Positions 52,940 through 64,000 of a stretch of DNA of 64,000 nucleotides are shown piece after piece; the first letter of the stretch is position 1, and the number at the start of each line of letters is the position of its first letter. A model generated the notes under the pieces. It did not search any database and was not told the DNA's origin. It saw only the letters and a list, made by a program, of their open reading frames with translations. Position numbers and translations under genes: made by a program. Origin of the DNA: Ramazzottius varieornatus (lineage: Eukaryota > Animalia > Tardigrada); assembly GCA_001949185.1 (NCBI GenBank), contig BDGG01000002.1:6252448-6316447 (forward strand). The letters run 5' to 3'.

Positions 52940-54367
52940 TTACTTCATCGTCAAGGACGCCGAAGCATAGCTGACTGAGGAATCTGTGTTTTTACGGCAA
53001 GGACTAGACTGGGTGTATTGAACGAACTTCAAAGAGATTTTGCTGTTGGCTGCTGTTTTTCTGAACGTCTCAAGTGTCGAGAGGAATACAGATATGGGAT
53101 TACGGCCACATATTGTATTCCCATACTGCTTAAGATAAGCCCGGAACTCTTTAGCATCGATCCTCTCGATGATATCCATACCCTGAAAAAGTTAAGAACA
53201 TTATAAAAGATTCGGCAGCACGACTCGGTCAACCAAAAAATCCTCAAACAAAACGGACGGATAAGGGAAGAGAACAATACAACGAGATCTTTACTCCGGA
53301 CAGCTCTACTGTGAACAACGGGATTAAGCAAGAATAATTACAACGCACCATCTTGTCGAGCTTCTGGATGCTTTCGTGAATTTCACCCCATTCGGGGTTG
53401 GCGTAAGTGTATGAAAACCGTTTCCCTGCAAGATGGAGCATGTTTTATCATGATTTCTCAGTATTTCTGAATTCAAAGTTCAAAATGAGCTTCTACCCCA
53501 ATGACAGAAGTCCGATGAGATAATAAACAGGTTGCTAGAATCGGCCAAATATTCGCTAAACATCACTCCATATTCTTCTTCTTTCTTTGAGGAGAGTTGT
53601 CCGACCAGAATAGGAACCAGTGAATAGAGACCTTGTCGCGACTCCATCACCTTGGCGATGTATGGTAGATGCATTTCCAGGCTATGTTCCTCCTCATCCA
53701 TCTTGATTGACATCTCTTGAAACTTCCCCGTGGCTTTCAGCTTTTCAGTCGTTTCTACATCAATAGGAATATTGTACAGAGGCGTCTCGTACTGCTTGAC
53801 TGTAGTTAGTGCGCAGCCATCGAGGGAAACGTGGTGTGAAGGTCCAAGTAGGAATATTCTTTTCCTGCAATATAAACCACAATTTGTCAAGCCTACATAC
53901 GACTACCAGCAAGAACATCGTCCTTGAGAACGTCCTTAAAACTGACACTGCTGTTGGATTGATCTGACCATAGGCGAACGCAGCACACGGTCCAGAGTAC
54001 GCATATCCAGCGTGCCTAGAAGATGCAAACATCTCGAAGACTATACACTCAAACACTTGACACTGCGCAAACAAAGTTAACGGCGCTTTGTTTTGTGTTG
54101 ATCATTACGGTGCGATAATAGCTCGAGCAGGAGCATGCTTGATGTTGGACGCCAGTGCCGCTTGCAGCCATTCCTCCAGCTGACCATGGAGCATTCGACC
54201 TGTTCACAAAGATGACAACGTTACTGCGACAGACTTCCCACAGCGTATTTAAGATCGATCGCTCGGTATTTGCCCATCTACCTCGTCAGACAATCGGGGA
54301 GCGCGTTCTTACCGTCTTTGGCGTACCAGCTTCCAGCATGCGACGCTCTGCGTACGGTCGAGGACAT
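52940..54367 (-). CDS. MEMO1: Protein MEMO1
   Basis: MSSTVRRASHAGSWY, ARAIIAPHAGYAYSG, RIFLLGPSHH, DEEEHSLEMHLPY, ISSDFCHWGKRF, GNTICGRNPI, DSSVSYAS. Confidence 0.96.
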
Positions 54368-55541
54368 GACGATGCTAGACGGGACCTCGGGTAGCCTCGT
54401 GCAAACGAGTCCGACGTCGCAGGGGGGTTAGAAGATCGTTTCTGTAGAACACTTCGTGCAGCCTGGTCCTTACCTGTAAAAACGAACCTGACAGGCAGAA
54501 GGATGGATACTCGGAGTCGGAAGCATAAGAATCTTGGGACAAAAAGTAAGAAAAACGCTCAAAATACGTAAGTTACCGAACAACAAATTGGTTAGGCATC
54601 ATGTGTCTCTCATGAGAGACGTTCATTCCTAACTACCGTAACGGATTGTATCGTGTGGCTTGCCACTGCGGCAGACTGGAATTGGCAAGCTGGAAATTTG
54701 CCATGCTCCAGCACTGATGTGCTACTGAAGAGCAAGTCTGTCGGAGCATGGCAAGCCAAAACGCGCACAATTGAAATGGTAGCCATAAATTCACCGGCGC
54801 CAGGTCTCGTATATAGGATACCTTGGCATCGAATTCCGGTAGAAGTGCTTCTTCAAATATTGAGCTAACAGGTGCAGTCAATCAACCGAAGTATGGTTTT
54901 GTATTTTTTTCATACCCAAGCTGCGGTGGAGGCTGATTGAATGATCTTACTTTTCGGTCAAATTAACAATCTTGTACGTCACAGAATGGTTACGTCATGA
55001 CTAATATCTGCCCGCATTATGCTTCGACGCATGACGTCAAGGATACTTTACGGTGTCCTTCCCTCCAGCAACGCGCGCTTCAGCAGCACATCAGTGTGCT
55101 CCAGGGAATCACGTTACGTCACATACACTACGTCATCGGGTACTTTTTTCGGAATCGGGCAAAACACCAAAACTTTTAATTGCTTATCACCCATTTTGTT
55201 TCTGTCTTCCAGCCTACTCGAGTGCTCCCTAAAGTTTCTAGGTCCGCTAATCTTTAGTTTGGTCTTGGGTAACCGAAGAACAAAGGACCTGGCTGGACAG
55301 GGACGGGATTCCTTTGTGCGATCAGCCTTGCAAATGCGATTCGAGGACGTAGTTGGGACAGAAGCCAGCAACCCGTCACAATGGATGCTCCTTTAGCTAT
55401 GTGGTAGCTGGATGGGAACGCGGTCCTGAACAGCAGCTTTGGAATGCTCTGATCACTGCAGGTAAGAAGCCTGGGAGTATATTGTTCGACCGGTGAGATG
55501 CGTCCTGAGTTGATTGTTTAACTTCTTGAAGGAACAACAAG

Positions 55542-58500
55542 ATGGGTGACATCGTTCAAATGGACGTCCAGGCCGCGATGGCTGATGCCTCGGTCACCTC
55601 CAGTCCCAGCACATCATCAGTCTTTTCCAGCTCGATCGAAGATGTCCCCGTCACTGACCAAACTGTGGAGGTATCGGGTGCTGGAGGTGGCAAGCCATTG
55701 AATAAGCTGAAACGTACGCTCCCTGTTAATCAAAGGCCTGTTCGCAATGCCAAGAAACGTCAAAGAACGTTTTCATCCTCCGTCACTCCTCAAACTCCCA
55801 CTCGGAAACGTGGCAAAGGGAAATCATTACCTTTGTTAGCTTCGTTCACAAGGAGCGAGAGTGCAACCAGTTTGGCTAATGACGAAGAAGAACTGGTCAA
55901 CACGTCGACGGTTGTCCTCTTCAGAAACACTGAAGAAAATCTTCAGGTACGAGGGAAAGGCGGTGGATTGGTCACCCCTCATTTCCGTTATGGTGACGTC
56001 ACGACCAGTAGTGGATAAACGGGTGACCGACTCATCGACTGTTGCCAACTTGATTTAATACTGGCCTCTTGAAAACATTGATGTTTTCGCCATTTGAGTT
56101 TGTGGGACTGTGATAACTAAATGCCTTTGCAGGTTCAAGATATCTGTGTTAGCTGTGGCAGTATTGGCGTGGGAGAAGAGGGGAAGTTGATTGGTTGCGC
56201 GCAGTGCGGCCAGTGCTACCATCCCTATTGCGCCAACGTGAAGCTCAGTTCCATCATTCTAACCAAAGGCTGGCGTTGTCTTGACTGCACAGTATGTGAA
56301 GGTTGTGGGAAGCCTCACGATGAAAGCCGGTTAATCTTGTGTGATGAATGTGACATATCGTTCCATATTTACTGCCTTGAGCCACCGTTGGACCAGGTCC
56401 CGCAGGGAACGTGGAAGTGCAAGTGGTGCGTCACCTGCGTCCAGTGTGGGTCCACTTCCCCCGGACATGGAACCAGTACATGGCAGAATAACTATTCCAC
56501 ATGCACTCCTTGTGCTTCGCTGCAGCAGTGTCCCATCTGCAGTCAGGCCTATGCAGAAAGGGATCCCATCATTCAGTGTCTGCAGTGTGAGCGATGGCTC
56601 CATTCGGCCTGCGATTCTATCATGGACGAAGGTACGAGCATGTTTTCGACTTGATTATCTCCTCTGATAATTGTTCAGAGCTTTCTAGACTAGGCTCGGT
56701 GCCTGTAGTATTCTGTATCTAGTTGCGTAAACAGCTAGACTTTCACGGGAAAGCAGTGTAAAGCTTTCGTCTTCGATCCCGTTTCTGTGATGTGATTTGA
56801 GTTGCTTAATAATTTACCTCGAGTTTATTTACTTATTCGGGTTTTCTCCAGATGATTTGGAGTCAGCCGTATCCGCAGGGTACGTTTGTCCTTTCTGTCG
56901 TCCGGAAAACCATCCCCCACTTCATCTTCAGCATGTCTGGGATGACGAAGATTCGGCAGAACGGTACATTACAGACGTACTGGAAGTGAAGCCGTTAGTG
57001 CCACATAAGTACGATGGCATGCTGCTATCCGATCAGGGAATCAAACACGTCAAAACACTGAGTCTAGAACATGCAAAACCAAGAGCATCTAACAAGAACA
57101 GAAAGACGAGCACCAGAATATCAGAAAGCATCTCGCTGTCGGCTGACCTGAGCAATGATGGAAGCATACCGTCGTCTCAGGAACTGTCGAATGGACTGGA
57201 GGACTCATCTGTTGATGAGAATAAGAAGAAACGTACGAGAAAACCACAGAAGTTTGGTGTGGGTGGGTTCCTTCTTCGTGGACCAAAGCCGAAAGCTGAA
57301 CGAGACAAAGAAGCGATGGAGATCACTTTGCAGCTCGATTCTTCCATGGAAAGTCGTCCTGCATCGGTAAGGCTACGATGTTTTTCTTTATTTGTACCGC
57401 CGGGCTGAAAATTGATATTTTTCAGGGGACGCTGAGTCCAGCAGACAGTGCTAGCGTCGACACTCATCTGGCTGGATCGACGACGATTGATTCTTCCAAA
57501 GATGCCAGTGCCAAAACAAAGAAGAAAAGATCGGTCAACAAGAAGAAAGTTAGCGTTAAAGAATCCTTTCCAGATTACCTTCAGGATGCTTTTTTCGGAC
57601 GAACGTTGATGGAGGATGGACCATCGAAAGACATGGAAGAAGCTTCGGCAGCCGGACGACCGTCATTGTCTGTTAACATCGATATACCTGAGACCCCAAA
57701 GGTGAGCTAATCGATACCTGACGGTCAGAATCACAGAAGCCGTTCCATTTCGTTGATTGTTTTTGCGTTAGGTGACTGCAACGAAGTCGGGAGGACGACC
57801 GCCGGTTTCGTCCACAGAGAGTCGTCCCCACGAAAGCTCCAGTGACGAACAAAGAACTTTAGACCACATCAAGCAAAGCTTAACCCAGTCCAGTCTGAGC
57901 GCCACGGCATCGTCGACAGCATCAGACTTGCCCATGGCGGTGGAGGACGACGACTTTCCTGACTTTGTGGACAGTGACGGCGGACTGGACTTCCTAGCGG
58001 GTGATCTGCAGGATGCTGGAGGCGTGGACGAGCTGTTGGCCATGTTGACAGCTGAACAAGAGGACGAAGTGCCAGCTCAAGAGGAAGAACCGGCTGCACG
58101 GCCACCACGCCTGAGCAAAGAAGAGGGGGACCCGATTAGTGACAACTTTGGGTCGCTGTGGGAATCCATCCAAGGGACGGACTTGCCGCAGATGTCGTGT
58201 GAAGACGCGGATAATGTTCTGAACGATGTCTTTCTCAATGAAGAAGCATCGGTTACCATGATGAGAAGTGGTAACTTTCTAGGTAAGGCGGACGTAAGGA
58301 ATGAAGTGACTGAAATTTCATATCAGGACAAAACGTAAATATGACTCAAATGTCGTCTCACAGCATAAACTGTTGCAAAATGTTGAATGAACAACAGGAC
58401 CAGCCACGAGATGTTGAATGAAACTTGATTGATTTTTTTATTAAAGAATAACAGGTGTGACCTGCAAAAGGGAGCCGCGTTCCGTGTTGAGTATAATATG

Positions 58501-61500
58501 TTCTCTCTGGATAGGTTCGGAGATGTCCTCTCAGGCGTCTACGTCGTCACTTCAAAACCACGTGCAAAGACCCACCAATCTTCCCTCCGCAGTGAACCTC
58601 CCAGATCACATGGCGCTAGCACCATGGGACAATTCTTCGATGAGTATCGAAGACAGTGGAGAAAGCGCCGAGCAGACGGCTGCTGCCAAGAACTTGAAGC
58701 GGCACGAGGAGGACGAAATGCTGGGCGAAATGGCCACTCTTTCAGCTGTCCTGTACGCTAACGTGACCCAACCTGATCTGAAGGTGAACTTCCCCGAGTG
58801 GCCCGAACGATACAAGCAAATTCAGAAGCTGTGGCGGAAAGCTAGTACGGAGGACAAGAAGCCTTACACGGCCAAAGCAAGAGAGAATGCTAAACTAAGC
58901 AAGAGTGTCAAGGCTCAGAAGATCAAAGAGGAGAAAGAAAAGACAGCTAATGCGGCAGCTGGGCTGATTGACGTGCGACCTGCAGCGAACTTCTCACCTC
59001 AACACCAAGTGGTATCTGCTCAAGTGAGTAATTGAAAATGTGCTAATCTGGGTTTGCTCCTTTATCGAATTTTCGTTGTTTTTCAGCCGCCGTTTGGGGC
59101 TTCGCCCATGAACAGGTTTCCGTCGCATGATACGACAATGGAGCCATACTACAGTTCTTCTCAGCCTGAAGAGGGTTTTGGGTTTGTAAACCCGCCCACG
59201 CCGTCAAGTCAGCCATCGACGCCTGGGTCTGCTGGTCATCCACAGCTGCAGCAATTCCATTCCAGCTCACCGGCACCGACGTTCTCGCCTCCGCTGGACC
59301 GACCTCGTTCGGTTCTGCCAGTTAGCCATCTGTCCCATGAACATCCTGGCATACAAAGTCCTCATTCAGCTCAGCAGGTTCGTCAAGAATTTTCAAGTCG
59401 AAAGTAGTGTACGTTTTTTGACGGATTCACAGTGATTCACTGTTCATTACCTTACCTAAAATACTTACTGATGAGAAAACTTTCAATCAGCAAATCAATC
59501 TCGAACTCGACATGACTGTTTTCGCAAGTGGCGCATGTTTTATCTTACGGGCTGAAAGCGTGCGTCACCTGGAAAAAAAACCTATCTTCCTGAGTGTTTT
59601 CGGCTACATTCAATCTGTATTAGAATATTTATCTCCATTGTATTTATATTGTATGTCTCCATGTTATTAACGTTGACTGTTTTTCTAGGTGCAATCTCCT
59701 CGAACGCTGTACCCTCCGACATCACCATTCGATCCTTACGCAAATCCACCAGCGTCAGTTCCGGCCTCCATTAACCGACAAAAGAGTGAGTTGGACGAGG
59801 GTGAGGGGTACTCACAATCTGCTGGTATATCGTCACCTCAACGCTTTGGGCCGCCATATCCAAACCCGCAGTCTCCACAGACTGGTCAGTTCTTCCCCCG
59901 GCAGCAACTTCGAGATCTTCTGGCTCGTCAGCAGGGCCAGCGCCAACGACAAGCTGGACCCACGGGAACCTGGCAGTATCCTCCGCAGAACGCCACCAAT
60001 GGCAACTTTCCGGCACCACATCAGGTCGAGCAGCACTTCGCAATGCGCCCAGCGGCTGCTTTCCCGCCACAACAACAGCAGCAACCGAGTCTGGAGTTTC
60101 GTCAGCCACAGCCGCCTCAGCTTCGAACGATGCAGCAGGTTCGTGAAGACCATTACTGTAAAAGCTGACCAAAGGAAAACAAAAAGTAGTAAACATTGCA
60201 ATCTCTGAAATAACGAAAAAATTATCATAGGAAAATGTGATAAGAGGCTGATCTTCATTGTAGGTTCCGCGCAGTTTCCCTGGGAAGCCCGGGCCAACAC
60301 CTCGGTTTGCCATGACACCCCGAATGCCTGCACAAATGATGGTACCCCGTCAAGGACCGCAGCCCGGGATGGCACAGAACTTCGTGGATAATTCCCAACA
60401 CCAAAACAGGTTCCCGATGCAGGCTGGTCCGTGGCAGCAACAACCGCAACACACTTCATCACCGACAGGGACCTTCGTGCCGATCCAACAGCCATTCACT
60501 AGCGAAGCTGCTGGTTCTCAGCAAACCCAGGTATGAAAAAATGGCCAATAAATGATCTTATGGTCGAGTTGTTATACGTGCGGTTTCAGGTTCAGCCGAG
60601 CTTTTCGGAAGGTCAATATAACCCGACCGTCCAGTACCGTCCACCCAACCCACAAGGACCACCTCAGAGCCCGGCTGGAGTTCCGCGACAAATGACTTGG
60701 CCGCAGCCTGGTGCTGTCTTGGCCCAAGGAACGCCAGGTGCTCATCCTGTCTTCACGCCACCTATCGGTCGAGCTCCTAGTAGTACTCCACAGCCTATGC
60801 CGTCCAACGAGTTCGTGCAGCAGAGCATGGCAGGCCCAAGTTCCGTTTCACATCACCCACCGGTGTCACAGGCTGAGGTACCGTCCGAGGCTGAACGACA
60901 GTCTCGAATGAAGCACAAAGACTGGCTGTTACAGTACCACCATGAACTGAATGCAGAACAGGCCAAGTTAGAGAACGATATAGCGAAAGTAAGGAAACAG
61001 AAGAAGTCAATGTCTGCGCGACAGAGGCAGGTGAAGAAGAATGGTGGCGAATTGTCGGCTGAAGAAGCGCAGGAGCTTGATAGACTAGCACAGCAGGTCA
61101 CGAGTATACAGAAGGAGCTGGAGCGAGTGAGGAAAGCGAACAAGGAACATAATGTCCTGATACAAGACTGGCAGAATAAGACGGGCTTTCAGCTGATACC
61201 TAGCCCCCCGACGCAGTCAATTCCGACGGGGTTCCCTCCGGTCGGAGCGCTTCAGACGCTGGCCACGCCGCCAGTGCAACCTCAGATTCGTTCACCGATT
61301 GGTACTTTTCCAGCATCCGTCTCGCCCAGCTTCTTGCCAAATCTTCTGTCACCTACTCGTGAAGACCAGAGTTCAATGGTAAGAATCATCCTTTTCGTAA
61401 ATTGGTTTTGTTTTCATTTGGCAGATCGGTAGCAATATATGTCTGTCATGCTCCTACATACACGAAGCTGGACGATTCGTATGGTAGGTTAGTATTCAGT

Positions 61501-64000
61501 TGCGTGAGAGAGTTGTCCTCCACGTACCTGCATACATTTCTGTCGTTTTATCTGATGGTGCGCAGGTCCACGTAAGACGGAACATAGTTCAATAGCCTAA
61601 TCAATTACTGATTTTGCAGCATAATTTCCAGGAGCAGCTTATGCTCGACCAGCAGCGGAGTCTTTCTCCACAAGGCAAGCTCTCCCAAGCCGGTCGTTTC
61701 GCTGTACCTCAGCCAGCGGGACCTTCCTTCTCGTCGCCGACTCCTCACCATCCCACAGGTCCTCCCGTCGTTTCCCTGCCTTCCACCAGTCACACCTTCT
61801 CGATGGATGGTCGTATTCAGTCGCTTTCGAATCTCTCACCTACAATAAGCTCACCTTCCAACCCACCAGTCCGTTCGCCGCGTGATCTAGCAAATGCATT
61901 GACGAGAAGCGCCACCGAACCCAGCTTGTTGTCCGATGACAAATCCAGTGGTAGTAGCAGTGGGTCACAGCCAGGTTCGGCGGAGTCTATGGAAAAGAAG
62001 AATGTCCTGTTGAAGAAGTTGCTGGAACAGGGGAACACACCGGTGTCTGCAGCAGCGCCTGCGACCGGTGTTCCTGGCTTTCCGTTGACGAGCGCGCATG
62101 GTTCACAGTTAGAAAGGCAAAGGTCCACGTCGAACCTGCTGGTGAAGCTGGAAGAGGAGGATGATGACAATGTCTCGATGTCGACATTGACACCGGCTCA
62201 ACGTCAGCAGTTAGAGCTGATTGACAAGATGCCTCTGGAAGTCCAAACGGAAGGCAGCTCAAGTCCAGGTAAGATCCCAATTTAAAACATACTGCTACTT
62301 AGAACACGTTAAAAAGTATCAGAAAAACAGCCAAGAAAATGTTCACAAAATTACAGTGCGTATATTTTTTGCAGCTACGAGCTCCACCATGCATCTGAAT
62401 TCGTCATTCACCGCGCCGTCTGAAGCCAGTATGGACCTGGAGAGTGGCAAGAAGAAAAAGAAGACCACCAAGAAGAAGAAAAAGACGGATGAGAACGGAC
62501 AGCCCGAAAGTGGCTCCAGCGAGAATGGTCCGCCAGCTGAAAGTGTGGTGGCTGCGCTGGTGGATCGACTGCGAGCCATTCCGTATGATATGGCTGAACC
62601 TCAGAAGCGAGCTCTTCCTCAAAAGAGTGTGGTTGTCAAGTCCGAAATCGAACCTTTAGCTGCGGTCGGACCTCGTCAGCTGGAGGACCTGAAGAAACCT
62701 CAGCGCCGATCATTACAGGTAAGCTAATCATTTGCTCGGCAATGCACACTCGACAAGATGGAGTTTCCGAGTAGCGCACGGTATCAGTTGGTATCAGTGG
62801 TAAAGTGCACCATCTTGGGAAAGCAGTCTTGTCGAGTGTGATTGGGGAGCCCTCAATCACTTGCTCGCTTAATTTTCGTCATTTGATGTATTTTCGAATA
62901 TCTTACAGGGTTCTTTTGGGGCTTATGAAGTGAGCAAGCAGGGCCCTAAGAGTCGTTTCTACGTTCCCGTGCCCACAACAGACCAAGACGTACAGTACGT
63001 CACTGACGAGACCTCGTCCTTCTGGATCTTCCAAGACTGTATGAAGAAGAACATGCCGACCCTGGCCAACAACGTTGATCCGGTCGTTAAAGTCGAACGC
63101 TTGGACTTTAGGAGTCCATCGAGTCCAGCATTGTCCTTTGCGTCGACTTCATCGTACGGCGAAAGTCTACTGTTGGAGCCTTGCTACGACCACATGTACG
63201 CGTGGCTGGACGCTGTTTCTTCCGTCGACGAGAACTTCTTCTGTGAAATGCGAGTAGATGATCCAGTGTTACCACCACAAGCTGTTGTCTTCGATACCCT
63301 CCAGAAGCCAGGTACACCAGCCAGCCAGAAAGAGAACTTTTTGGAGGACGAGATTCTTGAGGCAAAGCCCGAACCGGTGGTCGTCCCACACAAACCATCA
63401 AAGCTACTGCAGTAAGCAACTTCATCGTAACTAACGATCAAGTGCGATAAGTCCGTCGTAACGCTGACAAGAACATTCATTGCTTGTAGGGATTCGGACA
63501 GGGTCAACGTGACGCTGACGATTACGGAAGAAGCTGCCAGGGACCTCCAGGGCTTCATGGAGAAGCTGGCTAACTTGCTGCAGGTTCCAGTGAGTGATAT
63601 CATCATGACTGGCTGTGAACCCGAGCCGGATTCCGAGTCTGAGATGGCGGTGGTGCCGTCCTTCATCAGCGACGAGAAGCCCAAGTTCTGCTGCACTTGC
63701 GATCTAGCCATGCCCAGCTCAGGTAAGAAGGTTTGTCCGACTTGCGGCACTCGTTATTATATTTCAGCCTTATTTTTGTAGCGGTCATTCGGAAGAAATT
63801 GTCAGACTTTTCCTTCGCGGCGCCGTTGGACAATGGGCTGCCGTATGACACGGAAGATGGCGAGCCATACGTGTCGTTCTGTGGACAGCAATGTCTGATG
63901 CAGTTCGCTCTGAACTCGACCAACGGTTCAAAGGCCTCACCACCGGCAACTGTTTCCGTGGACCATGGTATCAATGGCAGTAATGGCTCCGTCAAGGGTG
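55542..64000 (+). CDS. KMT2C: KMT2C/D (MLL3/4; Lpt+Trr-like) H3K4 methyltransferase, 5' part; continues past window end
   Basis: PHD cluster QDICVSCGS...GWRCLDCTVCEGC...WKCKWCV...CERWLH; FPDYLQDAFFG; HMG-like LGEMATLSAVLYAN...QIQKLWRK; Q/P-rich tracts; coiled coil KVRKQKKSMSARQRQ; LxxLL (LLKKLL). SET domain not in window. Confidence 0.9.
59518..59577. repeat. Intronic hairpin repeat family copy in the KMT2C/D gene
   Basis: gttttcgcaagtggcgcatg...gctgaaagcgtgcgtcacctggaaaa. Confidence 0.72.
62763..62823. repeat. Degenerate intronic hairpin repeat family copy in the KMT2C/D gene
   Basis: gtttccgagtagcgcac...aaagtgcaccatcttgggaaag. Confidence 0.55.

Noticed and set aside
1-64000. CRISPR arrays, prokaryotic operons, rRNA or horizontally acquired bacterial genes
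   Set aside because: None seen; all recognised genes are intron-containing metazoan types and the hairpin repeats are dispersed, not regularly spaced.

Overview
Gene-dense eukaryotic (animal) DNA with many short (~55-80 nt) GT-AG introns. Gene content and compactness suggest a small-genome ecdysozoan, possibly a tardigrade (inference only). Left to right: the 5' ~25 kb of a giant sallimus/titin-like muscle gene (minus strand; CCDC141/zormin-like spectrin N-terminus then kettin-type Ig repeats, running off the left edge), a TMEM8/PGAP6-family gene, a ZDHHC6 homolog reading EHHC instead of DHHC, a TA-flanked MITE, a PARP1 with only one N-terminal zinc finger, a 91-aa two-TM orphan, a SUDS3-like gene, orphan ORFs, a 3.9-kb hAT-like element (8-bp TSD) carrying a decayed LINE, a coiled-coil gene, a Ly6/quiver-like gene, MEMO1 and the 5' part of a KMT2C/D gene lacking the first PHD cluster. 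The most notable observations concern how introns arise: (i) the hAT-like element sits in an ORF and could be spliced out in frame using a GT in its TIR and an AG in its TSD, (ii) two PARP1 introns are ~87% identical copies in the same ACAT|G context, (iii) a ~60-bp hairpin repeat family recurs in introns of four genes. Gene models were assembled by eye; homologies are recalled from memory and need database confirmation.
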